Part shown: positions 45,107 to 54,559 of the stretch, one piece after another
How the letters are laid out: every line of letters starts with the position of its first letter
Numbering within the stretch: the first letter of the stretch is position 1
DNA from: a virus
Taxonomy: Duplodnaviria > Caudoviricetes
Reading direction: 5' to 3' (one strand)
Length of the DNA: 58,876 nucleotides
IMG/VR virus record: IMGVR_UViG_3300016467_000949
Span: 1-58,876 of that record
The notes under the pieces: model-generated
Seen by the model: only the letters and a program-made list of their open reading frames with translations
Databases searched by the model: none
What the model was told of the DNA's origin: nothing
Made by a program: the position numbers and the translations under genes

Positions 45107-45529
45107 ATGATGGAAAGAAGAAAATTTGTCAAGGCTCTGTTGCCCCTGGCGACTCTGTTCTCGTTCAAGGGGGCGTTTGGCTTTCAAACCGGATCCGCAA
45201 ACCTCCTTGAAGACCACGAACGACTAGCGCCCGTTCCATGGGGCACTCGCCGCTACAAGGGCAAGACATTGATCGTGACCGAACCTCGCAGTCTTGAGGC
45301 CGCATTCAAGAGGAGAGGGGGAATGCATTTGCCTCGATTCAAATCCGACAAGGGCATCTTGGACGAACTGCGGAGGTTCGTTGACATGGGCGAAGGCCAT
45401 ATGGATGAGATTGGAAACGAGGTTTACGGCTGTGTACATGGGGACGGAAGTTATTCGGTCGCTTCGTTCGCCCCTCCCCACGGCCATCCCAAGGAGTACA
45501 GGATTCTGCTCAAGGCCACAAAAACATGA
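45107..45529 (+). CDS. putative Tat-exported protein
   Basis: MERRKFVK twin-arginine motif plus hydrophobic stretch. Confidence 0.6.
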   Translation: MMERRKFVKALLPLATLFSFKGAFGFQTGSANLLEDHERLAPVPWGTRRYKGKTLIVTEPRSLEAAFKRRGGMHLPRFKSDKGILDELRRFVDMGEGHMDEIGNEVYGCVHGDGSYSVASFAPPHGHPKEYRILLKATKT

Positions 45530-45996
45530 ACTACGACTCCTCCAAGGACACCCTCCTCCACATCAGAAGGGTGTCCGAACTGCTCCACGCAGTCATCTCC
45601 GACTTCGCGGAAAGGGCGTCCGCACACGATGCATCTAAGCTGGAAAGCCCGGAAAAGGAACTTTTTGATCAATACACGCCCCTGCTGAATTCAACCACGT
45701 ACGGCAGTTCGGAATACAACAAGTACCTTTCGGAACTGAAGGTGGCCTTGGATCATCACTACAAGAACAACTCGCACCACCCCGAACACCATCCCGATGG
45801 CATCTATGGGATGAACCTTTTTGACCTTCTGGAGATGCTAGTTGATTGGAAGGCCGCAACCGAGCGACACGAAGACGGCAGCATTGAAAAATCCCTTGAC
45901 ATAAATGTAGGAAGGTTCCACGTATCGCACGAGCTGTACTACATCCTCAAAAATACAATTGACTATATGAGCAAAAAGAGGGAGTGGAACAAGTGA
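45526..45996 (+). CDS. DUF5662-like HD-fold protein
   Basis: HDASK, HHY..NSHHPEH, EMLVDW. Confidence 0.75.
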   Translation: MNYDSSKDTLLHIRRVSELLHAVISDFAERASAHDASKLESPEKELFDQYTPLLNSTTYGSSEYNKYLSELKVALDHHYKNNSHHPEHHPDGIYGMNLFDLLEMLVDWKAATERHEDGSIEKSLDINVGRFHVSHELYYILKNTIDYMSKKREWNK

Positions 45997-46250
45997 CAAA
46001 AATCGGGATCGGAGACTTCGCGACCTGCCGGAAGGGCGAACTCGGCCTCATCCTCTGGGAGCGCCCCTGCAGGGACAAGAGAACCAACAGGCTGTATGTC
46101 CTTTACCATGGCATCAACTTGAGTCCCGATAAGTTCGGCCTCAACTGGCAAAGCAGGAATCCCACGAAGGTCAACAAGAGCCATGTCAAAAAAATGTTCA
46201 AGCCCGTCAATGTCCGGGCAGACCGAACTCCTAGAAGATCGTCTCTTTGA
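45993..46250 (+). CDS. hypothetical protein
   Basis: GTGA coupled. Confidence 0.55.
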   Translation: MTKIGIGDFATCRKGELGLILWERPCRDKRTNRLYVLYHGINLSPDKFGLNWQSRNPTKVNKSHVKKMFKPVNVRADRTPRRSSL

Positions 46251-46560
46251 GATGTTCATGGAGAGGTTCAAGAAATTCTCGCTGGAATTCAAATCAAGGA
46301 ATTCCCGCACTTTTCCGGCTTCCGAACACTTTGTTGACAACGACTCATCCACGACCCACATCTCCTTCGGCGAGCAGGAGATGTGGAACGCATGGTCTGC
46401 CCACGTGCGCAGACTCGGCTGCAAGATGGCCTATGTCCGCAATCCAGAAGATGGTAGGATGTATGTCCGCGACTACAGCGACCCGGTGGTCAATTCACGG
46501 TTCATAGAGATTCCCAAGGATGTGGCGGTCAGAATATTGGCTCTCGGTTATATTCCATGA
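46210..46560 (+). CDS. LGxLP family member 2
   Basis: ends IPKDVAVRILALGYIP; start uncertain. Confidence 0.75.
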   Translation: MSGQTELLEDRLFEMFMERFKKFSLEFKSRNSRTFPASEHFVDNDSSTTHISFGEQEMWNAWSAHVRRLGCKMAYVRNPEDGRMYVRDYSDPVVNSRFIEIPKDVAVRILALGYIP

Positions 46561-46766
46561 AAACAAAAATCCAATTCTTCCACCCCTTTGATCTCGTGGT
46601 CTATGACGGGCCGAGCAACCCCCCGAGGGATTACTCGGATGACACACATAGGTACGGATTCAGCCTTGACTTGACGACCGAGCTTTACTTCTATACTTAC
46701 GACTGGGGCTATGGCGTGAATTTCAGGCTCTTTGGCTTTGGCTTTGAATTAGCGAGGTTCGGATGA
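46557..46766 (+). CDS. hypothetical aromatic-rich protein
   Basis: coupled ORF. Confidence 0.55.
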   Translation: MKTKIQFFHPFDLVVYDGPSNPPRDYSDDTHRYGFSLDLTTELYFYTYDWGYGVNFRLFGFGFELARFG

Positions 46767-47386
46767 GGGTGTACATAGGCCCATACAAGAACTGGTGGGG
46801 TCCGTATCAGATCGCAGATATTCTGCGATATGTTGGGGTCTCCAAGAGGCGTTGCAAGAGGGTCGGCGAGTGGCTCAACAATACCCGCTTTCAGGAGTTC
46901 TGCGAGTGGATCCACGCCCGCAGGAAGCGTACCGTAAAGATTCGCATAGACGACTACGATGTGTGGGGCGTGGATCACACGCTTGCCATGATCGTGGTTC
47001 CCTTGCTCCATCGGCTCAAGGAGAAGACGCACGGCGCCCCCCATGTTGACGACGAGGATGTTCCAGAACATTTGAAAAGCACCAGCGCCCCGCCGCTGAC
47101 CGAAGAAGAGATCAATACTGGAAACCCTGACAACAACCATTTTCATCGTTGGGACTGGGTTCTTGACGAAATCATCTGGTGCTTCAGGCAGATTTTGGAC
47201 GAGGAATCCGAACTTCAGTTCTCCAAGGACAAAGACCCCGCCAAGCCCAGCAATGAAAAGGGACTTTCCTTCCGAGAATCAATGGAAAGAATTGATTTTG
47301 ATCACGACGCATACAAGGCACACCACGACAGGATTCAGAACGGGATGTGTTTGTTCGGCAAGTACCTCAGGGGCATGTGGGATTAA
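46763..47386 (+). CDS. conserved phage hypothetical protein
   Basis: IDDYDVW..DHTLA..P, WDWVLDE, LFGKY..WD. Confidence 0.75.
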   Translation: MRVYIGPYKNWWGPYQIADILRYVGVSKRRCKRVGEWLNNTRFQEFCEWIHARRKRTVKIRIDDYDVWGVDHTLAMIVVPLLHRLKEKTHGAPHVDDEDVPEHLKSTSAPPLTEEEINTGNPDNNHFHRWDWVLDEIIWCFRQILDEESELQFSKDKDPAKPSNEKGLSFRESMERIDFDHDAYKAHHDRIQNGMCLFGKYLRGMWD

Positions 47387-47387
47387 A

Positions 47388-47591
47388 ATGGAAGTGACTT
47401 TTTTGCTGACTGAAATAAAAGAAATTGATGCTGATTTGGCGAATTTTCTTTTTGAAAACGGCTTTGACGACTGCACCCCCTACAGTTCCGAAGGCAGGAG
47501 TTTCTTGTCTTTGGACGATGAGAAACCCCAGGTCAGACTGGAGCAACTTTTTAAACTTGGTATAAAGGCCGAGATAATGGGGCGGGACTGA
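47388..47591 (+). CDS. small hypothetical protein
   Basis: LFENGFDDCT..G..FLSLD. Confidence 0.55.
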   Translation: MEVTFLLTEIKEIDADLANFLFENGFDDCTPYSSEGRSFLSLDDEKPQVRLEQLFKLGIKAEIMGRD

Positions 47592-47968
47592 TGGATGCTA
47601 AAATCAAGGATTTACTCGAAGAAAAGTTCCATTCAATCCTCTGTCAGTCCGAGGCTTCCTTGAATTTGTTCGGGCCGGTTCCTCCGATTTGGCACATCGG
47701 CCGCCGCACGCCGTCGGTCATTTCTTCGTTCAGCGTGCCGAAGAAAGAGCGGAAGGAGATAATGTCCCAGTGGGGTTCGTACATTAGAAAACTTGGAATT
47801 ACCAGGGTGTCCGCCCCCAAGAACGCGACCGAAAACGCCTATGTCCTGGACCCTGCAACGAGTTGGTTCAATGCGGGAATACCATCCAGACTGTGGCACC
47901 GACCGTTATATGTCAAAATTCCCCGGCATTTGGCAATGAAGATTCTTGTTTTGGGAAGTCTGCCCTGA
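47591..47968 (+). CDS. LGxLP family member 3
   Basis: ends IPRHLAMKILVLGSLP. Confidence 0.75.
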   Translation: MDAKIKDLLEEKFHSILCQSEASLNLFGPVPPIWHIGRRTPSVISSFSVPKKERKEIMSQWGSYIRKLGITRVSAPKNATENAYVLDPATSWFNAGIPSRLWHRPLYVKIPRHLAMKILVLGSLP

Positions 47969-47999
47969 CCAGCTTTGCAGGTCTGAAAAACTGACTATA

Positions 48000-48344
48000 A
48001 TGGTTGCGAATAAACACGAGTGGACCGACGAAGAACTGATCGCCAAAATCCTTGAGAAAACGGACGAGAAGGAGTTTTTCAAAGATATTGTCAAATGGAT
48101 GTGTCATGTTCTGGCTCCCACAAAAAGGCGACAGATCATAGGGGATATCAGAGGTTGGAGCCGAACTTCCGCCGCCACACGCAGATTGTCTCATTCGGAT
48201 TTTTGCATGTTCATTTTCTCTTCAAGAATCAGGGCAAGTAAGCCTTTGGAAAACCGAATGTTGCTGGGCGAGTCTAATGAGTGGACCAAGAAGTATTTTG
48301 AAAATTTCCCGATAGGACAAGAGCAAGATGAACCGCAGGTCTAA
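48000..48344 (+). CDS. family B member 1
   Basis: FFKDIVKW..RASKPLENRMLLGESNEWTKKYFENFP. Confidence 0.7.
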   Translation: MVANKHEWTDEELIAKILEKTDEKEFFKDIVKWMCHVLAPTKRRQIIGDIRGWSRTSAATRRLSHSDFCMFIFSSRIRASKPLENRMLLGESNEWTKKYFENFPIGQEQDEPQV

Positions 48345-48831
48345 ACAAGTCGTCGGCATGGTCAACTTCCCCGTGGACGGGGAGGAGTACACCAGCACCA
48401 ACGAGGGAGGCATGTTCGTTCAGCTCTGGTGCGTGGAAGGGGAGAGATTCTCCTGCGGCGTCTGCTGCGGATACGGGGGCGTTTACTCCATGATGGGTGA
48501 GGAGCTCATCGGCACGGACGAAGAGGTCAACACCGACAACTTTCACGAGATTGAGGAGGGCAAAGACCCGATGGAATGGGAACAGAGTTTCGCCCTTGAG
48601 GAGAAACTTTTCCCCCGCATCAGGAAAGAGGGCGAACACCAGTACCTTTCTGAGGAACTCCTCGCCTGCGTGAACATGGGCAGTACCGGCTGGAGTGGAT
48701 CAAACGGCAACCACGATTACTGGCGTTGCCGGTACGAAGACCTTAATGATGCCGGTAAGGGCATCTACGATGCACTCAAGAATGCCTATCCCAAGGCCAA
48801 ATTTATTCTAGTGACATGGCTTGACACATGA
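48328..48831 (+). CDS. hypothetical acidic protein
   Basis: 167-aa ORF. Confidence 0.65.
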   Translation: MNRRSKQVVGMVNFPVDGEEYTSTNEGGMFVQLWCVEGERFSCGVCCGYGGVYSMMGEELIGTDEEVNTDNFHEIEEGKDPMEWEQSFALEEKLFPRIRKEGEHQYLSEELLACVNMGSTGWSGSNGNHDYWRCRYEDLNDAGKGIYDALKNAYPKAKFILVTWLDT

Positions 48832-49100
48832 CAAACCAAGACATGGAGTCCAGGCTTCTTCGCATTCTCTTGCATAAGTACAAGGATACGAGTGAAGTCC
48901 GGGGTCGGGGAGCTCGACAAACTCGCGTCCGCTTGCGGTCGTGGAAGGGCATCATCTCCTCCGTGGGATGCGAACTCATGCCCTCTCAGGGATTAAAAAG
49001 CGACGACAAAGACATCTTCGTCAATCACCTCGCTTGGGGGACGGTCCGTATTCCTAGGGACATCGCCATCAGAATTCTGGTTTTGGGGAGTCTGCCGTGA
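48828..49100 (+). CDS. LGxLP family member 4
   Basis: ends IPRDIAIRILVLGSLP. Confidence 0.75.
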   Translation: MTNQDMESRLLRILLHKYKDTSEVRGRGARQTRVRLRSWKGIISSVGCELMPSQGLKSDDKDIFVNHLAWGTVRIPRDIAIRILVLGSLP

Positions 49101-49396
49101 CCGAAGATCATGTTCTCAAGCTATTGCTTCTTGTCATAGACAAGGTGATGGAAGCGGACTACGACGACCAAAAACGAGCGTTCAAGGAAGTCGAGGGGTT
49201 GATAGGCTCAATACAGGATGATATTGGGAGTTGTTCCGGCCCTTACACCCATGAATTTCCAAATGATCGTAGTCCAGGACTCTGGAGAGCATACGGATGT
49301 GACAACCACGCCCACATAATCAATCTCAAGTTCGGCTGCTTCGCCGTCGGAAGGGAACTGGCGGAGAGGATTCTTGTGCTAGGAAGTTTGCCATGA
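49097..49396 (+). CDS. LGxLP family member 5
   Basis: ends VGRELAERILVLGSLP. Confidence 0.75.
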   Translation: MTEDHVLKLLLLVIDKVMEADYDDQKRAFKEVEGLIGSIQDDIGSCSGPYTHEFPNDRSPGLWRAYGCDNHAHIINLKFGCFAVGRELAERILVLGSLP

Positions 49397-49773
49397 CGGA
49401 CAACCTCCAGACAAGACTTGATAAGTCCTTGAGGTTTCAATACCGATTGCTTCCGCCTCCAAGCGAAAAAAGGGTGTATTGCTGGCGGCGTTACCTCTCA
49501 AAACTCAAAGGATTCAGGACGATCAGCCTTGATCTTTTTCTCACAAACTTGGAGTTGTTTTCAGAGCATGTCGTCGTGAAGGATCCTTCTTGCGACTTGA
49601 GCGACGGTCCCGCCCCGGGGAAGAGGCTTATCGTCGCCCATAGGGACTTCGCCCTCAAGTGCCTCGTGATGGGACTTCCCGACATATGTTCCATGCGGTT
49701 CAAAAAGCCCGGGCGGTGGGACATGCACGACCAGATGGGACTTGAATTCAAATTGCCGCAGAGGCTTCCATGA
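49393..49773 (+). CDS. LGxLP family member 6 (C-terminally extended)
   Basis: RDFALKCLVMGLP followed by ~30 further residues. Confidence 0.7.
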   Translation: MTDNLQTRLDKSLRFQYRLLPPPSEKRVYCWRRYLSKLKGFRTISLDLFLTNLELFSEHVVVKDPSCDLSDGPAPGKRLIVAHRDFALKCLVMGLPDICSMRFKKPGRWDMHDQMGLEFKLPQRLP

Positions 49774-50096
49774 CCGAAGAGGAAAAGAAACTCTATTCCA
49801 TTCTGCATTCCAGTTTTTGCAGGATGGCGGAAGCTGCCCGCGGTGGCGGGGGAATGGCATCCGTATCTTTTCTGGGGAAAGTCTTTGATGGAACCGCATG
49901 GATCAGACTGCAGTTGTCTTGGGAGCATCGCATCTGTCATAATCTGGATGCGGTCTTCACCTCCGCGCGAAGAAATCCAACGGAAAATTTCTATGTGAGC
50001 GACCCCTCCCGGCAAATCATTTTTTTGGGAACCGTGTATATTGAGATCAATAAGGAAATCGGCCTGAAAATTCTCACCCTAGGAAACATTGCATGA
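49770..50096 (+). CDS. LGxLP family member 7
   Basis: ends INKEIGLKILTLGNIA. Confidence 0.72.
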   Translation: MTEEEKKLYSILHSSFCRMAEAARGGGGMASVSFLGKVFDGTAWIRLQLSWEHRICHNLDAVFTSARRNPTENFYVSDPSRQIIFLGTVYIEINKEIGLKILTLGNIA

Positions 50097-50596
50097 CCAT
50101 CGCCACGAAACTGAAGAACATCAACGCCGAAATAGGACGCAAGGAAGAAGAAATGCGTCGTCTCGGCGAGGAGGTTAACGAACTCAGAAACAAAAGGCTT
50201 AAACTCGAGGAAGATGTGGACGAACTGCATTTTGTCTCTCCCGAACCCGGCGACTTCTGGCACGAGATGTTCACTCCTTTCTTCATCGTCTTGGCGGTGG
50301 AGGACGACGGATCCGTGACGATATGTGAGAAGACCAAGACGGTCTACGAGGATCCCGACCAAAATATGGTGCTGAAGAGCTACGAGAATCCCGAAGACCC
50401 GGAGGTCAAGGAGTACTTCTCCCGTCCCCGCAAGGACATCGGATATACATTTGACATAAGCGAAACAAGGGTTGTTTCGCGTCCAGAATTCGAAAAGATG
50501 CTCAAGTGCTACTCTTTCATGCCAGAAAAACTGACATATAAGTGCATTCCCGGACGGTGCAAGGAAATTGTCAAGATATGGAAAGAACAAAAATGA
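50093..50596 (+). CDS. hypothetical protein with N-terminal coiled coil
   Basis: PEPGDFWHEM block. Confidence 0.7.
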   Translation: MTIATKLKNINAEIGRKEEEMRRLGEEVNELRNKRLKLEEDVDELHFVSPEPGDFWHEMFTPFFIVLAVEDDGSVTICEKTKTVYEDPDQNMVLKSYENPEDPEVKEYFSRPRKDIGYTFDISETRVVSRPEFEKMLKCYSFMPEKLTYKCIPGRCKEIVKIWKEQK

Positions 50597-50853
50597 CGGA
50601 TGAAGAGGAGTTAAAGTTGTATGTTGCCCTAGAGAGGCGGTGGAAAGCCATGACCGACTCGCCAGAAAAAGAGAAGGAATATTCATGGATAGAGTATGTG
50701 GTTGAAATGGGCATGTCCTTTTCCCCCGAACGCCAGAAAGACGGCAACATACACATACAGAATCCGGCGTGTTTGGGCGGTGGCGGACTTTTGTATGTCT
50801 CCATGCCGCCAGAGGTCGCCGAGAAAATACTCGTTCTCGGAGGAACACCATGA
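50593..50853 (+). CDS. LGxLP family member 8
   Basis: ends MPPEVAEKILVLGGTP. Confidence 0.75.
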   Translation: MTDEEELKLYVALERRWKAMTDSPEKEKEYSWIEYVVEMGMSFSPERQKDGNIHIQNPACLGGGGLLYVSMPPEVAEKILVLGGTP

Positions 50854-51272
50854 AATATGACTACTATGACGAGACGAACTGGGTGAAGAAGAATGTGAAC
50901 TTTGGCAAATGGACCTACCACGCCAAGGATTCAGACAAGGCAACTCCCGTTCCTTCTCCGCCGACTGACGAACAAATGATAGAAGTGATCCTTGAACATC
51001 AGTACTTGGAGGAAAAGGATTTTTTTCTTGACATGGTAGAATGGCTCCGGAATGATGCGCCGAAAAAGTTGCGCACGATGCTTCGAGAGCTCTGGCCGGT
51101 AAATACGATCACGCAACGCGCCATCGCCAATCTTGACTACGAACGGCTCTGCGAGGTGATCTACAAGATTGGCTTCCGGGCGAGCGAAATTCTTGAGCGA
51201 CGGATGATGCTCGGACAGAACAACGAGTGGGTCAAGAAGTACTTCAAGGATTTCCCGCCGAGGCAAAAATGA
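50850..51272 (+). CDS. family B member 2
   Basis: FFLDMVEWL..IGFRASEILERRMMLGQNNEWVKKYFKDFP. Confidence 0.75.
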   Translation: MKYDYYDETNWVKKNVNFGKWTYHAKDSDKATPVPSPPTDEQMIEVILEHQYLEEKDFFLDMVEWLRNDAPKKLRTMLRELWPVNTITQRAIANLDYERLCEVIYKIGFRASEILERRMMLGQNNEWVKKYFKDFPPRQK

Positions 51273-51577
51273 ATTGGGACATTCCTGACGCCGACATGCA
51301 TGTCTGGAGGATTACTGGCAGTGACTCCAAGACATATCCCGTCTCCGGCATGGAATACAAACTTTTGAATCTGTTTGAGAAACGATATGATTCCTTCGGC
51401 GATACTGAAAAATGGCACATACACTTGAAATCTCTCGGCATTAGATTGACCGAGAACAAAAGAAAAGTAGGCCTGTCCGTTCCTGATCCCCACACCAAAC
51501 AGTGCTGGATTCCTCTTTGGATATCGGTTCCCGAAGAACTCGCTCAAAAAATTCTTGTATTGGGGGGCTTGCCATGA
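51269..51577 (+). CDS. LGxLP family member 9
   Basis: ends VPEELAQKILVLGGLP. Confidence 0.75.
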   Translation: MNWDIPDADMHVWRITGSDSKTYPVSGMEYKLLNLFEKRYDSFGDTEKWHIHLKSLGIRLTENKRKVGLSVPDPHTKQCWIPLWISVPEELAQKILVLGGLP

Positions 51578-52020
51578 GGGCCAGAATCGTTGAAAGAACC
51601 CGTCAGAACGGCACCAAGAATTACTGGATACAGAAGAGGTTCCTGTTTTGGTGGTTTGATTTTGACGAATATAACTCACTGGCAGAGGCTCAAAAGAAAA
51701 TGTGCTTCTATGACGGCACGAGAGTCGTAGACCGTGTTGTCGGAGAAGACTCACAACGAAAACCAGACCCCGAAGTCTCCGTACTGACACACAAACTGAA
51801 GACCGCATTTGAGGATAGACTCAAGGCGGAGGACAACCCGGAAGATTTCCTGAATGGCCTGAATCCCTATGTTTTCCATGAATTTAAGCACTATATTCCG
51901 GATATCGTCAACGAGGCTCAGGGGAAACTATATGTCATAGACAGCCCCATCCACGGCGGCAAAGCCATAGTGTTGGATGGAGACTTCGCCCAAAAAGTTC
52001 TGACGCTAGGGCTGCCATGA
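51574..52020 (+). CDS. LGxLP family member 10 (with extra N-terminal module)
   Basis: WIQKRFLFWW module; ends DFAQKVLTLGLP. Confidence 0.72.
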   Translation: MRARIVERTRQNGTKNYWIQKRFLFWWFDFDEYNSLAEAQKKMCFYDGTRVVDRVVGEDSQRKPDPEVSVLTHKLKTAFEDRLKAEDNPEDFLNGLNPYVFHEFKHYIPDIVNEAQGKLYVIDSPIHGGKAIVLDGDFAQKVLTLGLP

Positions 52021-52334
52021 ATGACATCAGGGAAGAATTCCAAAAAATACTGGACAAAAAGTTCTGGTCTTTCTGGCACAGGAGCCTTTCCGAAGACCAA
52101 AATGACTGGCTTCAAGAAAATTGGCATGGGTGGCTTGAGGAAAACAACATCAAGAAGATGAGGAGCGAGGGCGAATACTCGGAAGTGCGAATAAAGCACG
52201 GATTGAAGGTCACCGAACATCATATGTGTTGCTTCAACCGATCCGCCTCAACACTTTCCGACGAAAGGCACCCTCTTCTCTTGGTTCCGTATGACCTCGC
52301 CTTCAGGTCTGTCGTCCTCGGAGGTCTGCCATGA
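52017..52334 (+). CDS. LGxLP family member 11
   Basis: ends VPYDLAFRSVVLGGLP. Confidence 0.75.
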   Translation: MNDIREEFQKILDKKFWSFWHRSLSEDQNDWLQENWHGWLEENNIKKMRSEGEYSEVRIKHGLKVTEHHMCCFNRSASTLSDERHPLLLVPYDLAFRSVVLGGLP

Positions 52335-52636
52335 CGCTCGCCGACAAACTTTACGAAATATTAGACCACAGTTATTACAATTTTTGTAGAACAGAGGGCG
52401 CTCCCAAAGGATACTATTTTGGAAAACTCGGAAATGAAAATCGCACGAGTGTAGAGTTAATTCTAAAGTGGCATCAAATGCTCACTTCAAATGGAATGAT
52501 GACCTCCGAAGAATTCATGTGCCAAAGGGGTTTGGTCTGTGTCAAGGATCCGGCCATTATACACAATGAATGGATCATCATTTCCGAAGACCTCGCCCTT
52601 AAGATTGCCACTCTCGGATGCTTGCCATGTATCTAG
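52331..52636 (+). CDS. LGxLP family member 12
   Basis: ends ISEDLALKIATLGCLPCI. Confidence 0.75.
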   Translation: MTLADKLYEILDHSYYNFCRTEGAPKGYYFGKLGNENRTSVELILKWHQMLTSNGMMTSEEFMCQRGLVCVKDPAIIHNEWIIISEDLALKIATLGCLPCI

Positions 52637-52902
52637 ACAATCACAAGCTCTATGACATCCTTGAGAAAAAGTACAACTCCCTTTTGATGGATGATTTTAT
52701 CCGCACCTTCAAGAGGTCAAGCATTGAGGGCATCTCATGCCCGACCAATTACAAGTGGGAGGAGTTCTTGGAATCAATGGACATCAAAACATTTCCTAGG
52801 GCAAATTCTGTTTCAATCAAAAATCCCGCCCCTCATTCCGGTTCATTGTCTATTCCCAACGAAGTTGCGGAGAAAATTTTGGTTCTCGGGGACCTTCCTT
52901 GA
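52627..52902 (+). CDS. LGxLP family member 13
   Basis: ends IPNEVAEKILVLGDLP. Confidence 0.75.
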   Translation: MYLDNHKLYDILEKKYNSLLMDDFIRTFKRSSIEGISCPTNYKWEEFLESMDIKTFPRANSVSIKNPAPHSGSLSIPNEVAEKILVLGDLP

Positions 52903-53213
52903 ATCCCAACATCCAAGACAAGTTGCTCGTCATTTTCGCAGACAGACTTTTGCGCATCTGGGGAGAGAAGTCCTGTTCGTTCCGCGCGGTTTTTTCTCCC
53001 GAAGATCGTGCAGATATCGCTCGGGAGTGGAGCGACTATATTGAGGGTCTTGGTGGCGAAATACAGGTCTGGGGCAAGGCCGTCCAAGATCAGCATGGTT
53101 GCCTTTTGATCCGCAATCCGTGCGAGGAATCAGAAAGAGACCAAACAATGACATATATCAGGCTTACGGAGAATCTGGCCTTGAAAATCCTCGCCTTGGG
53201 GGAACTGCCTTGA
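52899..53213 (+). CDS. LGxLP family member 14
   Basis: ends LTENLALKILALGELP. Confidence 0.75.
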   Translation: MNPNIQDKLLVIFADRLLRIWGEKSCSFRAVFSPEDRADIAREWSDYIEGLGGEIQVWGKAVQDQHGCLLIRNPCEESERDQTMTYIRLTENLALKILALGELP

Positions 53214-53494
53214 GTCCGAAATTAATTTGTGGGCTGGCATCCAAGATTGAATCAAAATTTTGGTCTCTAAATCGGGCCAATCAGGTTGAAGAATGGAACC
53301 TATGGCTTGATACCAATGGGATCAGGAGGCTGAAATGGAATGAGTGTGGCTTTGACTATTTCAATCCTAGAAAATCAACGATAATCCACATGCACAATCC
53401 CGCCTCTAGGGTTTCCATCTCGGAGCGTCCGTTGCTTATTTTGACCAAAGAATTCGCCGAAAAAGTCTTCTTTCTGGGATTTCTGCCATATTGA
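53210..53494 (+). CDS. LGxLP family member 15
   Basis: ends LTKEFAEKVFFLGFLPY. Confidence 0.72.
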   Translation: MSPKLICGLASKIESKFWSLNRANQVEEWNLWLDTNGIRRLKWNECGFDYFNPRKSTIIHMHNPASRVSISERPLLILTKEFAEKVFFLGFLPY

Positions 53495-53518
53495 GATTTC
53501 ACCAGAATACATTATAAT
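53491..53518 (+). promoter_or_regulatory. sigma70-like promoter
   Basis: TTGAGA-16 nt-TATAAT before GGAGG RBS. Confidence 0.5.
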
Positions 53519-53536
53519 TCGGATGGAGGGCATCTG

Positions 53537-53995
53537 ATGGATTCAAATAACAAGCACTGTACATGGACTCACAATCCAAATCCCGTCTATACATGGGAAG
53601 TTAAAAATAACTGGCAAAACACAACTGTTTGGCCACCCAACACAGTTACCACCACTACCATTCCTGGCGTGACCGTGGCATCCACATCCTTTCAGTTTCC
53701 TCCCCCGGCGACCAACGAGTCCATGATAGATGACATTATGAATCGCACGGAGGATAAGGGATTCTTCCGTGATATGGTGGAGTGGCTTGAAAAAGAGGCT
53801 CCGAAGAGGCTTCCGTTGATGCTGAGGGAGTTCTGTTCGCCTATGCACACCGGGCCAGTCTTTTACGACCGCCTCTGCGAGGTTCTCTATCAGATCGGTT
53901 TCAGGACGAGCGAGATGCTTGAGCGAAGAATGATACTGGGGCCGGCCAACAAGTGGGTCGCGGATTACTTCAAGGATTTTCCGTCAAGGCAATGA
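53537..53995 (+). CDS. family B member 3
   Basis: FFRDMVEWL..IGFRTSEMLERRMILGPANKWVADYFKDFP; Thr/Pro-rich N-terminus. Confidence 0.75.
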   Translation: MDSNNKHCTWTHNPNPVYTWEVKNNWQNTTVWPPNTVTTTTIPGVTVASTSFQFPPPATNESMIDDIMNRTEDKGFFRDMVEWLEKEAPKRLPLMLREFCSPMHTGPVFYDRLCEVLYQIGFRTSEMLERRMILGPANKWVADYFKDFPSRQ

Positions 53996-53999
53996 AGAA

Positions 54000-54368
54000 A
54001 TGACCGACTGGCACGAGGCGACCGAGCGGCTCCGAGCCATATTTGCGGACAAGGTACGGAGGATAAGACTTGAAATACCCGCCGACGAGATCGCCGAGGA
54101 GGCGGGAAAAGCCTTTCTTGCTGGAACCCCCGGCGACGACGGATCCTGGCTGATGGAAGGGTCGGGGCTGGAGGCTCTGATACGCCGGATTAACAGCGGC
54201 CACAAAGATGGCATCGTCCGAATCGCCAACGAAATAGGAACGGTTGTCAAAGAAGAGCATGTCAATGTTGAGGACAAAGAAAACATATTCATGGGTACGA
54301 ACGGTCTCTTGATAAGAATATCAAAGGAAACCGCTCTCAAGATACTGACATTAGGAGAGATTCCTTGA
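54000..54368 (+). CDS. LGxLP family member 16
   Basis: ends ISKETALKILTLGEIP. Confidence 0.75.
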   Translation: MTDWHEATERLRAIFADKVRRIRLEIPADEIAEEAGKAFLAGTPGDDGSWLMEGSGLEALIRRINSGHKDGIVRIANEIGTVVKEEHVNVEDKENIFMGTNGLLIRISKETALKILTLGEIP

Positions 54369-54556
54369 AGAAAATCAATGACAGTTGTTATGAGTGTGAA
54401 TTTGGGGTGTTCTATAAGATTTTCGCCCGTCGCAACGACTCGTGGGAATTCAAATCCAAGACGCTTCTCAAGGAAAAGGACTTGGAGTTCGTTCTAAATG
54501 CAATCAGGGAATTGAAATCAGTCGCCACTCTTGATTGTTCTGCCTCCAAAACCTAA
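54365..54556 (+). CDS. small hypothetical protein
   Basis: TTGA coupled with AGGAG RBS. Confidence 0.5.
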   Translation: MKKINDSCYECEFGVFYKIFARRNDSWEFKSKTLLKEKDLEFVLNAIRELKSVATLDCSASKT

Positions 54557-54559
54557 AAT

